A stretch of 63,444 nt of DNA, counting the filler, from Corallochytrium limacisporum Hawaii (taxonomy: Eukaryota > Protista > Pluriformea), in the NCBI GenBank assembly GCA_002811645.1. It is 6 parts of 6 records of this genome, joined end to end, with 100 filler letters (N's around TTAATTAATTAA, not from the genome) between each part and the next. Parts side by side here need not be neighbours in the genome. Positions count along the whole stretch, not along the records: positions 40,143 to 52,984 come from PDIP01000276.1; positions 53,085 to 57,386 come from PDIP01000003.1; 4 more parts are not named here. One strand, given 5' to 3'. This document shows, in pieces, positions 43,555 to 56,368 of the stretch; the first letter of the stretch is position 1; each line of letters starts with the position of its first letter. A program made the position numbers and the translations under genes. Below the pieces are notes generated by a model. The model searched no databases and was not told the origin of the DNA. It saw nothing but the letters and a program-made list of their open reading frames with translations.

Positions 43555-46271
43555 ATTGAAATCTAAATAAATCAAGAAATCAAAAATAACTCTTCTGACT
43601 GTCTGTCTGGGTTGGCTCTTGAGAGTCCTTTTAGGTTTTTTGTGCGATCGTGCAATTTTAATGTTTGTGAAATCTCTCCTTTTGCGAAACCAGCAAAAAA
43701 AAAAAAAGAAAGTCGTCCCAACACGTTCAACACAGAGATGGGATCGCCCACGACCAACAAGCAAAGAGGGCGCCCTCGTTCCTCCCCCAAACAAGTCAAA
43801 CGTAAACCACCGCCCACACGCCCAGCCGAATAACACTCTGCGATAGATGCTCTGTTTACGTATCCCCTGGTGGGTTGGGGTTTGCAAGAGATCCACCAGT
43901 GGGTGACGGCAGGCCCATGGAAGCAAGCTGGCTTGCCGGTGCCTCTCGTCCCAGCAGTGAAATGTCTGAAATTGTTTCTCCTTGTCCAAGCATGACTTGT
44001 GACATATTGCATATTATGTTTCTTGTGTCTGGCCCCTGCTATTCGAGTTTGCCTACACGTTCTATTCCATCCGCAGGCTGTCCAACTCATCCACTTATGG
44101 TCACTGCGATGATGCCTAATCATGTAAAGCGAACGCAAGCACCCGCAACAGCCAAACCCATGCATAGGAACGGAGACAGCAGTCACACAGATAGAACGAT
44201 TGGAACGTAGGATGGTGGTGCTAAGGAAAACATATGGAGACTACAATCTCATTCCGGAGTAATTCATCCACGCCTGCATTTCAGCCAATATCCACCGCGG
44301 TGAAGTGCCATCTCGCCCCCTCTCTTTTTGTTCGCCTCCCTTTTCTAAAGTCTTGTTTGGCTTCCTCGAATGTAATTAATGAAGCACTCCCATCGAACTC
44401 ACCATCGATGCACGCTCGGAGCTAAGGCTGTTAAGTCTTTCTGCACTCCGATTACTCACATTCGACATCTTGTTTTCGCATCCTTCAACAATTTCATGTA
44501 CTGCATTGCTTTTGAGTGGCAACAGCCTGGCAATTTTAACTACGTTGCACGAAAGCTGACGCGACAAACGCCATACAACTGTGATACTCAATGACTTCGC
44601 TGTTTATGTTCTCTGTGGAGCATCTATTTATAACAGAAGCATTCAAATTTGTTCCTTTTGATGGTGGTCCATTGACGAAATGAACCTCATTCATCGAGAG
44701 CAGCACCGTCGAGTCTGCAGCGGCGACACTGAGAGCGTCGAATTGACGTAAAACTCACGGAGACACGTAGAGATTTATCCAGGCACTAAAGCAATCGATG
44801 GAAGCGATGGTACGTGAAGGCTGTCGTACACCGCTTCACTCCAAAATGGCAAGTTTTTTTAGGGCTGCTTCATCTCCGTTCACTGCGGAGTATTCATCAT
44901 ACCTAATGAGGGTTCATCAGTGCATGTTCCAGACTTCATGAAGAACGGACAGGCAGCGTACGGACGCTGACAGATGTATACCTAAACTACTGGATGCTGG
45001 ATGCTTACAGTGAGAGACGGTTGTCTCGCTAGGTCCAAGACGTTCGTTATCGCCCACAAGGGTGTCCGGGTGTAGAGACACGCGGCGCTGCCAATGACCA
45101 GGGCAGCTACTGCAGGAACTGTGTTTGGCGTTTCCTTTGAGATGATGTATGAGCATTGTGGCTTTTTGCAACAATGAGCGGGTGGAGCGCGCACGGAGGT
45201 AGCACATAGATTGGGGACTCAAGCGGTCGTCGATTTTTTGAAACCCGCCTTTAATAAATACCGAACCGCCGGCTCAGCCAAGCCACACATCCCGAAGAGT
45301 AGCATATGATGAGTATGGTCCGGGGTTAAGAAGCGTAGAGAATGCGTAGGACTCAAGTGACATGAATTGCAATTTGTGCTTTCCCGGACACCAACAATGT
45401 GGTCAGTCACATCACCACGAATATCCCCCCCCAGGGGGACTTCGTTGCTTCATGTCCAGTGATGCTTCTTTACCACTCCCCTTGCTTCCGGACACAAATG
45501 ATGGCATTCCCTGGCGAGCTGTCTTCGCACAAGACCGAAGACGCTCAATGATCATTAAGCCACATCGACAGAGAATGTCAATGTGGCAGGTCTTGTCGCT
45601 CGTGTCCATTGCGTTTCAAGACATAGGTTTCATATTATGTCTTTCACGGTAGTACTGACTGGTGCGAAGTAAGATCGACAAAGAACCGGCAGAACACAGA
45701 TTCGAAATTTTGCGGACCAGGTACAGATCTCCCCGGAACGGCTTTCCTGGCTCATTGGCAAGCGACACACATTCAGGAACTGCGAGCCGACATGCAAAAG
45801 GACCTTGCCAGCTGAAATTTTGAAGCCCGACTAGCTTGCGACAATAATATCCCGCTCTGTGAATCTCCCGTTCTCGCGAGACTGACCGCCCACCGCCCAC
45901 ACAGGGACAATTGGTATTATATAGTCACAGACGCAAAGCCTTCTATTTTGCAACCCCCCCCCCTTTGGCTTGCAGCACTTTGACAATTTCCTCCGCATTG
46001 TTCTGTGACATGGCCCTGCGTTCCGTTCTCGCCCTCTCCCCCAATCCCCAACTCCCGGTCACTGAAACCTACTATCGCAACCCTTAACCCTTACTCTCTC
46101 TCGCGCGGTATATATTAGGAAAGTGGAAGAAAGTCCCCTGTCCCGGTGCCGGTTCCCCACAGCCTTCCTCCAGCTGTCTTGTCTTGGGGGACTCAAGCCC
46201 ACCCGCCAGTGCCTCACTTCACGCGGGCAGGTGGTCAGGAGGAAACAAAAGGCCGACAAGAGAAGGAAGGA

Positions 46272-46273
<2 letters not shown>

Positions 46274-46332
<59 letters not shown>

Positions 46333-46494
46333 GGGGNNNNNNNNNNNNNNNNNNNNNNNNNNNNNNNNNNNNNNNNNNNNNNNNNNNNNNNNNNNNNNNN
46401 NNNNNNNNNNNNNNNNNNNNNNNNNNNNNNNNNNNNNNNNNNNNNNNNNNNNNNNNNNNNNNNNNNNNNNNNNNNNNNNNNNNNNNNNNNNNNN

Positions 46495-46546
<52 letters not shown>

Positions 46547-46556
46547 AAGAGAGAGG
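46274..46556 (+). repeat. (GA)n microsatellite spanning an N gap, followed by a purine/G-rich island
   Basis: Seen directly in the sequence. Confidence 0.95.
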
Positions 46557-49500
46557 GGGAGCGAGCGGGGCGGCAGGACAGCGCGACCTCGTCTCTTAGC
46601 AAACAAAGAAAGAAACAAAAAGAGAAGGAGAGAAAAAACTTTGGGTTGTACTTGAGGATGGGGACCGTGGAAGGCGGCCTCCCTCCGGAAGGGGGGGGGG
46701 AGGGGAAAGAGGAGGCGCGGGCCAACCCAAGGGGGAGCGAGAGGAGGGAGGGGGGGTAGAGAGAACGAATGAAGGGGGGTAGGAAAAATAGGCTCCTGTC
46801 CTTCACCCAAGGTCAAAAGTACTATCTACCCAACACCGGGGCCCTTTGACCGGTTGCCCGTATTTGGGAAAAAATGTTGTGGACCTTTCACATCTGAGTT
46901 GAAGTAAATTTTTTCGGGAACACAGGCATACATTTATTATTGAATTTTGCGTCTTGGTCGTAAACGAATTTGTTTATTTTGCTCTGTAGTAGATCTTGGA
47001 GTGTCTTTGGGTAGTACTGCTAAGCCAGGTAACCATAACTGGCTTTAATCCCTCTGCAGGGTACCAATCCCCGGGACCTATACGGTTGCTGAACAAATTT
47101 TCTTCACTACAGTAACCCTGAGAAAGCAGTGGAAATTGAAATCTTTTGGATTACCCCTGTCTCTATTGTGGACCCCATTGAAGTTCATTGGTGTAGGAAT
47201 TCTATACTCATTCCATCGCTGGAAACGATAGTTCTAACTCTCTTCTCTCCCACGAAATTTGACGTTGAAGAAAAATCTTTCCTTTACATCTAGAAACACC
47301 CAGACTAGGCAAATATGTCCCTTGAGAGCGTTGCAATAACAAACAGACCAGCTGTCAGCCAGAAACTTTCGGAGATTGACCAGTTCGGGTAATCCTGAGT
47401 CTCCCTATAGCATCTCTTCTGCACACAGCCCGTCTTTACACTGTGCCCATACTCAAATAGCCACAGAAAAGCCATTGAGAGCTGAAAAAAAAATTTGAGT
47501 ACAAGGAGAGACAATTCAGAACGATTCTTGTATCCCCAGTCAGAAGACTAAGCAAAGCACAGCAATCAACCACAGCCTTGCGGATAGCTAGCTTTGAGCT
47601 GATGCTAGTTGATATGCGATTCCATAAGGAATGAATATTAGGTGCTGCTCTCCAATCGGTCGCTCCCTGTGCTGAATTGGGCATTCACCGCAAGACGCTT
47701 AAAGGCAGAACAAAGGTTAGCTCACGAGTGACAACCCCACACCCTCGCAAACCAGTGCAAGAATTACGTCCAAGCACACGTGCGAGGGACCGCATCGGCC
47801 TTTGATAGAACTTTTTGTACGGCGATGCGATGCCGGGTATGGCCGTGCTGCACAGTGTGACAGACACAGAAAGAACCAGTCAAGGGCTTGCTATACCAAG
47901 AGGTAGTGGCAGATCAGTCATGAACGTTTTACGCCTTCTTTACTCTGCACGAACTCGAGGGCAGGTGTTCCTTTTGCCGTTGGTGAGGCCCGGTCGAATC
48001 CTTGACCCTAGCATATCGTCTACAGGTATTATTTGCTTCATATGGCAATGAGCCTCCACAGAAGTTATATTAAATGATTAGAACAAAGGAATCAAATATG
48101 TGAAGAGCAAGTACATATACCACTTCACACAACACCAATTGAAAGTGCGAAGAACATATCACCATTGCAACACTAAGTTACGGATGGCTCGCAGAGATTA
48201 GATGTCCTACGCACCTCCCTCCTCTGCACCCAGGCTGCGCTCCAGAGAGACACGTTCCGTTCCGACAACAACATAGCGTGCGTTTGTCATAGTTATCTCT
48301 TCTGTGCTTAGCACAACCCGGATGGCTGTACTGCGCGAGAGCATGTTGATCGCCATGCAGCAGAAAGAGGACCATCGAGTGCGAGCGTAACACATACTGA
48401 TATGAGCCGCGAGATCTGAGGCGAAGAGGAGAGGCGGACCCGAGCATGCTATGTGGTAGTAGTGTTAAGTCGCCCACGGGTGTGCGTCGACAATGTAGGT
48501 GGTTGTAACAAACAGCCATGTGTATCATTTTTTATAGAAGACCGTGGTCTTACTGCTCGACCAGTGAAATCGAGGGGTCCGTGAAAACACACCAATTCGG
48601 TTCCCCTAGGGCTTCAATATTCGATAGATTTATCGTACTGTCGACAAGAAATTCGGTATTCAGGGTCTATGTGCGCGAGCAGACTACGGACAACCGTTAC
48701 TGAGCGTTCGGAATGAATTCCAATAGTTGGAGAAGAGAAGAGGGTGGATTTGTGTTGCAATAAAGCCGCAGAATGATTTCAAATGGCTTCTCGCTTCTTT
48801 CTGTTTGGATAGACAGACACTAGCAGGGGTCAACTATTGCACGTACACGCCCTGGCGGTGATTCGGCGGTTGATGATATGGTTACTGAGGATTAGTTTAT
48901 AGTCTCATGTCCTTGTGTTTGGCCCATACCTGTCCGACTGCGTCCGCCTTTTCTACCTACCCGCGGCTAAAGTTCACAGCACGCAATGACATGTTCCTCC
49001 CGCATGTCCAGACACTCTGTACGGTTGATTGATTGCATGTGAAGCAAGAACAACCGGATATTATTTGCTCACAACTGAGCCGGTCAAGCTGGGGATACAA
49101 TGAACAGAGTCTGCTTCACGAGACGACTACATCTGCAAGCGACGCAGAAGGATGCGGTTGGTGAACCAAATTTTGCCACCTCTGCGTGGCTTTGTATCAT
49201 ACCAATAAATATGAAGTCCTCGCCTAACATGTGTGAGCACACAATTTCGACGTACAAGTAGTATGGAAGCACAGGTCCTCACAATGTGCCGACCCAAATT
49301 AGCCAGCACTCCGATTTTGAAACGTAGACAGAATGCAGACCAGCTAAACTAATATGACGAGTCATGAAATTTTTCGACGAGATGGAATACCGTTTAGGCC
49401 GACTGCCGCGATCCCCTTCATAAAAAGCCATCCGCATCACCCATTTGTTCTCATATGTTCACTTCAACCATAGATGGTTCTGCGGAAAAGTATTCTCAGC

Positions 49501-51515
49501 TTTGCCCGGGAAGCAGGCGGCCGTCTTCTTGCGAAGCGGTGGTTGGTTGCTTTCATCTCTTCTCCACCAGTATATTTATTTTCAACTGAAGATCCTTTCG
49601 GACAGAGAGATGTACCTCTCTTCTGCCCTCTTCCTCCTCCCCCTAACCGCTCCGTCGGTGTCCAAGGAACGGGAATTGCAAAAACTAGTAGAGCGTAAAG
49701 GAAGACGTAGGGACGTTCTCGATACGTGGGACGGACTATAGTGTTGGTGTTGGGACTGATCGGTATCTGTAGCGAGGAGTTCTCTGCTGGTGACAGAGAG
49801 GAGAAAACGTACACCCAGAGTGTCAGGAACAGACCGGTGCCCCGAGCAGAAAGAATTTGCTGCAATTTAAAACTTGAAGTATAATTGCTATACGATATCT
49901 ATCTGTTTCAGATCCCCGTTCATTACAACGAAAGGACAACCGGGATACAAAATGCCGATCATTTGAGTGCGTTGTACATGGCTGATCTTGAGATGTGATA
50001 ACACCTCTTGGTTGCCTAAAGGGCGGCGAATAGGTGTGGTAGATGTTGCGTATGTATTGCAGTATCACACTACGCCTGTGTGCGGACTCGCAGCAAGGAA
50101 GCTTGTGTCAGCCACAGATGGATAAGAGAGTTAGTCATTGCTTAGGAGCATAGCAGATAGTATTGCTCTGCCAGCGTACCACAGAACAGCTCTGTAGTTT
50201 CTGTATGCCACAACAAGGGAGCGAGGAATGAAACACAAAATACCCCTCCAGCAAAACTGAAAGAATTTCGTTTTCAAGGAGAAGCAGACATACCGATAGC
50301 GGGGACGTGTCCCACAGAACTGTGCTGTCCCATACGCTTCAGTCTAGACATGGAAATCTGGGCATCCAAACATCATGGCAAGGACACAGGAGTTGAAAAG
50401 CCCATAATTACAGAGTTCCTCTTCTGAATGCTGCAGATGCTTCCAAAGGCCTTCGAGACTATCCGGAAACCATAGCATATCGATGCCAAACCACCACCGC
50501 CAGGAGGACACGAATTATCAAACTTTTTCTTCTCTGTCTTCTTCGTCGTTCTTTTTCTCAGTGGTGGTCGCTGTGTCTCCAGCCCTCCACTTTCAAACAC
50601 CTTCTTTGTTTGGCAATAATTAACGCTCGCCGAGCTACGGTGGGAAACGGCTAGGGGCGAGCAGCCAGGGGGTGACTAGAAAAGTTACACCGAGAACCGC
50701 ACGATCTCCTAAGAGAAGGGAACTTAGAAATCGGTTTAAAGACGAGATACAAAGTATGGCTGCCTTGCAGTACTCCAAGCATCATGTGAGAATGGAAAGA
50801 AAGACGACTTTCGAGCTTTTACACAGATCAAAGCCACAGTTCTTGGCGCACTGCTTGCGGTTCCATTCAGTAGTGACCAAAGTTCCCGCCTTACTAGGCA
50901 CCCTCTCTCCGTCGAGGCTGTGAAGAGAAAGGCAAAAGAAAAAAAAAAGGGGAAGGGGGAGGGGAAAGAAGGGGGAAAGGAATTTGCGGAGGGCTCCCAG
51001 TCCCCCCTCCCCTCCGGGGGGAGGGGAGAGTAAAGGGCGAGGAGGGGAAGGGGGAGGCAAAAAGAATAGCATAATGATAGGGTTGGGGGAAGAGGTCGGG
51101 TGGGGGAAGAGGTCGGGGGCGGGCAGTGAGGCACATATAATATATGTATTCATGTACATCTGTGGATAGGGCCATGAAGTGAGAACGTAGACGTTAGTAC
51201 CCAAAGACGGAGGGTGGGGGAAACTTTGGGGAAAGGCTGCACTTTCCGAACAAAGAGCCACAACACGTAGAGCACCGGTAGAAGAAGCAGCATCACCACC
51301 ACCACGAAGACCAGGAAGGGGGCAGATTGTGTCTGAGGGAGAAGGGAAAAGGGAAAGCTCTGTGGTGTTCCTTTTTGTCTTTTGAAACCAGATGGTACTG
51401 CAGGGGTATTTATTGGATCCATGCCCGTTCGAATGGTAGATCAGAAGATCAGGTTGTCAGTTCCAACTCACTAGACTCAGTACAGTACACAAAAAAGTGC
51501 ATTCACAGTGCCATT

Positions 51516-52511
51516 ATGCCGACCAAGATTACAAAGCAGAAGGAGGCTGACACCAGGGCCACTGGATTTGAAAACCAACTCAAGTCCGTCTCTGGTGAGC
51601 TCGACAAAAACTCGTGGACTCTTGACGGTAAATGCAAGAAAACCCTGTGCGGACCCAAGGAGCAAAGTCTCCGTGTTCACATTGTCCTGAGACATGGCGT
51701 CCGCAACGCCGATGGTTCCGTCCTGATCAGCGGTGCTCAGATTATCACTGAAGATATCAAGAGTCTGAACCAACTGTTCAAAGAGCACAAGCTCGAGAAG
51801 TTTGAGATCAAGAAGCTCAAACTTAGCCGTCGTCAGATGCGCAACCGACAGGCTGCTTCAATTTGCCGTGCCAAACGGCTCGCAAAGGCTGATCCCAAGC
51901 CCCTGAAGGAGAAGAAGCTCAAGAAGGTCAAGAATCACATCCAGAAGACTAAGAGTATTGCTCTTGAGGCTCCTCGCCGTGTTTCTGTGCCTTCACTTCC
52001 CCCCACTGCCGCAATGGCCATGCCCATCCAGCAGCAACAGTTTAATGTCTTCCACAGCAATGAGGTTGCCATGCTTCCTCCTCCTCAGCCCATTCATCAT
52101 CACCATCGTCAGATGCGGATGAACCTGGGATTCAATGACTACCGCCGCCACAGTCTTGCTGTTCTGGAGCCTCTGCCCACCTTCCCGGAGACCACTCATA
52201 TGGAGAGTCCGCAGTTAACCCACCGCAGCGTGTGCGAAACTGACTTGTCATCTGCCATTGAGTCATGGCTCCGCGAAGCCCGTGAACAGAGCCCCGAGTC
52301 TACGATGGCAGACAGTATCTCATCTGGAATTGAACAGCAGCAGCAGATCCGTTTCGACAATGCAGACGTCTATGTTGATGGCCGCACTGAACAGAGCATC
52401 GTCGAAGAGATGACTGCCCTGGACCACATCCCCGACCTCCTAGCCGAACACTGCAATATTCCCGAGGAGACCCGCGCGGCAGTCCTCAACATTCTGAGCC
52501 CGGAGTACTAA
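51516..52511 (+). CDS. Maf/CNC-type basic-region transcription factor apparently lacking a leucine zipper (331 aa)
   Basis: IITEDIKSLNQLFKEHKLEKFEIKKLKLSRRQMRNRQAASICRAKR matches the Maf/CNC extended-homology plus basic region (NxxAAxxCR). It is followed by ADPKP and no Leu heptads. Q/H/P-rich region and acidic C-terminus. Confidence 0.75.
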   Translation: MPTKITKQKEADTRATGFENQLKSVSGELDKNSWTLDGKCKKTLCGPKEQSLRVHIVLRHGVRNADGSVLISGAQIITEDIKSLNQLFKEHKLEKFEIKKLKLSRRQMRNRQAASICRAKRLAKADPKPLKEKKLKKVKNHIQKTKSIALEAPRRVSVPSLPPTAAMAMPIQQQQFNVFHSNEVAMLPPPQPIHHHHRQMRMNLGFNDYRRHSLAVLEPLPTFPETTHMESPQLTHRSVCETDLSSAIESWLREAREQSPESTMADSISSGIEQQQQIRFDNADVYVDGRTEQSIVEEMTALDHIPDLLAEHCNIPEETRAAVLNILSPEY

Positions 52512-52918
52512 ACCTGCTGTTCGAGTACTTCCTCGTGTCTAGTATCAAAAATCCAATCCTACAATCACCTCCCTGTACCGAAGGGCCAACAGCATAACTA
52601 ACATTTTCCATTTTTCCATACATGAATCATAATACAATCATATGTACCATCATTATAAAGCAAATTGCACACAATTGCTCGAGTGTAAACCCCGGAATCA
52701 TACATTCAATACCGTTCGCTGCAGTTAACCGAGAAAAATCGGAACTGTTATAAACCCCACAACGCCTACATAATCGAGTTATATGCGCGCACCACAAGTC
52801 CCCGAACTTACCGAGCTCGACAAATTGGCCCTTGTCATACAAAATACAAATGCGAACGAGCACCACTACCAAGATAATCGACGAATGCCCCACCCTCCCC
52901 AGACTTCGTGGTATTTCA

Positions 52919-52984
52919 TACCAACCTCTGCCCCATAAGTTAAGGAGGAATCTGCCTAAAAACATGCACCGTAATATAAGGAGG
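52919..52984 (+). mobile_element. Mariner/Stowaway-like terminus, probably the opposite end of the 39938/63356 family
   Basis: TA plus the identical 31-bp TIR, then a different subterminal sequence. Confidence 0.72.
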
Positions 52985-53084
52985 NNNNNNNNNNNNNNNN
53001 NNNNNNNNNNNNNNNNNNNNNNNNNNNNTTAATTAATTAANNNNNNNNNNNNNNNNNNNNNNNNNNNNNNNNNNNNNNNNNNNN

Positions 53085-53255
53085 AAGTGTTTATTCAATC
53101 CGTAAACGAAATATTTGAAATTGATTTGGTGTATAATGATATTTAATAATAACGATAATAATCAGAATATATATTACTCAATCATGATTAAAAAGAGTGA
53201 TCGGGGTTCTCGTTTTCGTGCGATTTGTCTCATACTTAGGAGACAGAGGGTGATA
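53085..53255 (-). mobile_element. Related TIR terminus (TA|TCACCCTCTGTCTCCTAAGTATGAGACAAATC on the minus strand)
   Basis: Same CACCCTCTGTCT core, AT-rich interior, truncated by the scaffold start. Confidence 0.62.
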
Positions 53256-53344
53256 TATAAATATAGTTAGAAAGAGAAAAAGTGGTCGTCGGTTGAGCGA
53301 CAACCAGGATGGAAAGGAGTCACAATCTAAATCATTACTCTGTT

Positions 53345-55358
53345 CTATTTTGTACAGTTTGCAATCTCGTGAACATAAAACTTGTTGTCGTCGCCGTCAA
53401 CTCTTTCGTAGCTGTAACAATCGGTATCGTACTTGATCAGAGACAGCATATCAATTTTCGATGCAACATTGGGGATGGGTTCCAAGCCGTCATCCGCGAT
53501 TGCACGTCTTTCAAAGCCTGCGGGGCATTCCGTTGCGTTTGGGGGAAAGCTCTCGGCTAGAAGCTTGTTGCAAGTGAAAGCTGGAACACTGTCAATATCA
53601 CATGCATAAGTTTCGGCGATATTTTCTGTGCCAGCAGTGGATGATACCTTTCCAGCTATACTCGCTGAGATGAGAGTATCCAGGAATGTGTCACTCCACT
53701 CCGCACCAATTAGACCCATAGCCATTTTGGCCACGGACTGGATTTGCCCAAGAGTAGTGAGCTGTTTGTTGAGGAGAAGCTCTGGAATATTTTCGCCCAG
53801 CTGAGGAATTATAGTAGCATTGCTGAGCCATGTCTGTATACCAGTGTTGTCTGGATCATAGACTATATCTCCGGTTATATATATGTCTGCCTGGACCTGT
53901 GCTGTGTACATGGTGAAATTGAAGACAGCTTCAGGGAGGACATTGTAATCGTTCTCGATACTGACAGTTGTCGTAGTAGAATGAGTATACGTACTTGTTG
54001 TAGTAAACGCGGCTCCGACTGTTTCAGATATTCCAGTCTTGATGGTGCTGGTTTCCTCAGCGGAAAGAAGATCTAAACTAATGCCAGCCTTCTCACTGAT
54101 GTCAATCTCAGTATTAACTTTGGTGGTTGTGGAGAGTTGATGTTGAGAGGTCGTAGTAGTGATCTCAACAATTCTTTGTGCGTAGGTATACTCAAAAGCG
54201 CTGCAAAGTTCATTAGAATTAGATTGGATATCAGTTTCAGGATCCGTCAGTATGNNNNNNNNNNNNNNNNNNNNNNNNNNNNNNNNNNNNNNNNNNNNNN
54301 NNNNNNNNNNNNNNNNNNNNNNNNNNNNNNNNNNNNNNNNNNNNNNNNNNNNNNNNNNNNNNNNNNNNNNNNNNNNNNNNNNNNNNNNNNNNNNNNNNNN
54401 NNNNNNNNNNNNNNNNNNNNNNNNNNNNNNNNNNNNNNNNNNNNNNNNNNNNNNNNNNNNNNNNNNNNNNNNNNNNNNNNNNNNNNNNNNNNNNNNNNNN
54501 NNNNNNNNNNNNNNNNNNNNNNNNNNNNNNNNNNNNNNNNNNNNNNNNNNNNNNNNNNNNNNNNNNNNNNNNNNNNNNNNNNNNNNNNNNNNNNNNNNNN
54601 NNNNNNNNNNNNNNNNNNNNNNNNNNNNNNNNNNNNNNNNNNNNNNNNNNNNNNNNNNNNNNNNNNNNNNNNNNNNNNNNNNNNNNNNNNNNNNNNNNGT
54701 CAACTGTCTGTACATCCCAAACTCGAGCAGCGAGATATTCAAAAGTTTGGTTGGCATACAGAGCATTAGCATACCCACTGTGATACATAAACATGTCGAC
54801 GACAGACGCATCACCAGTTGATAGGCAGCCAGAGCCGTCCGTGGCGGTCACGTCCAAACATCCGTAAAAAATTGAGGGAAAAGAGACTGCCAAAGGTACA
54901 AAGTCTGGACTTTCGGCATTGGAATAACAGGGGTATCCCTGGACAAAGATGGAGCTATTCGAAAATTGCACAGTTGTCGGTTCGTTGGAGGGAGTTAAAT
55001 CCTGCAGAGCGTTCCACCATGTGTCCCAGTCTTCAGCATTGTCATCTGTTCGATTGATATAAAACGGTAAGGCGAGGACGGGGCCACAGAGTGCATTTAG
55101 TTTCCAAAGCAGAGAGTTCCAGGGATCAATGTCACCACTTTCGTTTAAAACCTGGAAGTTTCCAGCTTTGTCTGACATATAGTCCTCAAAATCAGTGCCT
55201 TGATCTATTATAAACTGAGACAGAGCACTCATATCGGCAAAGCCATTCATAATTGCATAGAAATCACGATCACGTGGAACCTGATTGACATGGTTCCAAA
55301 TCGTGGTGTTGTAAACTTCAGGGTATGATTGAAGTATAAGACACATTGCTTCGTCCAT
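53345..55358 (-). CDS. Aerolysin/ETX-MTX2-like beta-pore-forming protein (spans N gap 54255-54698; 5' end uncertain)
   Basis: The C-terminal half has Ser/Thr-rich beta strands around an alternating amphipathic hairpin (TTTSQHQLSTTTKVNTEIDISEKAGISLDLLSAEETSTIKTGISETVGAAFTTTSTYTHSTTTTVSIENDYNVLP), then long strands (FNFTMYTAQVQADIYITGDIVY). The frames differ across the estimated gap. No signal peptide is visible. Confidence 0.62.
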
Positions 55359-55729
55359 CTTAAAATCAATGAGCGTGCTCAACAACAAATACGTTGTAGC
55401 AATGGATTTGGTGCTATGTTATATCTAGAAGGTTGCAATGTTTGGTGACTGGCTGATCATGAGTACCTGTTTTCATGAGCAGGATCATCTTAAATACCGC
55501 CAGAAAAGGTCTCGTAAGGGATACTCAGAACGATGTAGCCAGAAATCTTCGCAGCCCGTTTCTTCCATGTAAACATCTTACTAATTCTAACAGGAAATCA
55601 CGAGTCAGGTGCAAGCTGACAAAGATATTCCTGTGTACTATTACCTCCCTTACTCCGTGTACCTCCTTTACTCCGTGTTAAAGATGAATCGCGGTGAGTC
55701 TTCCGGCTGCCCTTCCCTCCTCAGCAGTT

Positions 55730-55899
55730 TTGTCTGGATCATAGACTATATCTCCGGTCATATATATGTCTGCCTGGACCTGTGCTGTGTACATGGTGAA
55801 ATTGAAGACAGCTTCAGGGAGGACATTGTAATCGTTCTCGATACTGACAGTTGTCGTAGTGGAATGAGTAGATATACTTGTTGTAGTAAACGCGGCTCC
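55730..55899 (-). repeat. 170-bp direct copy of 53847-54016 (part of the pore-forming domain)
   Basis: 5 mismatches in 170 bp by my count; flanks are unrelated. Confidence 0.92.
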
Positions 55900-56368
55900 T
55901 GAAAATCCCCCCGGCTGGTACAAGAACAATTGCTCTGTGTTGTCTGCACAGCGCGGTGACCCTCAGTGACATTGAAGTGTTTGCAATATGCGCACCCAAT
56001 CGTTACGAAAGAATGAAACTGTTGCGCTTCTGAAAAAGCCCTTACCGCTGACAGCGTTTCAGCACTAAAATGGAATGACGGCGACCCCACACTACCATGA
56101 CAACAACACGATGAACCCGGCATTGCATCTTAATTATTTAGTAATGGCGGAGTGATCGCTGAATCTGATGTGGCAAATCCGAACATAGGAGACTGCATGC
56201 ATACTGATAGTATTGGAGTTTGAAATGCAGACTCTTGTGACCACGTATGATCGAGAAAACCGGACTGCTCATCTCGAACTACCCATAGAGGGCTACCCCA
56301 GAGGACACGTTGACAATCTTGGAGTGACACTTACGTTGATACAATTGCTCATGTACGGATCCCAGTAG

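Noticed and set aside
55730-55899. Diversity-generating retroelement template/variable repeat pair
   Set aside because: Mismatches are not adenine-specific on either strand and no reverse transcriptase is present.
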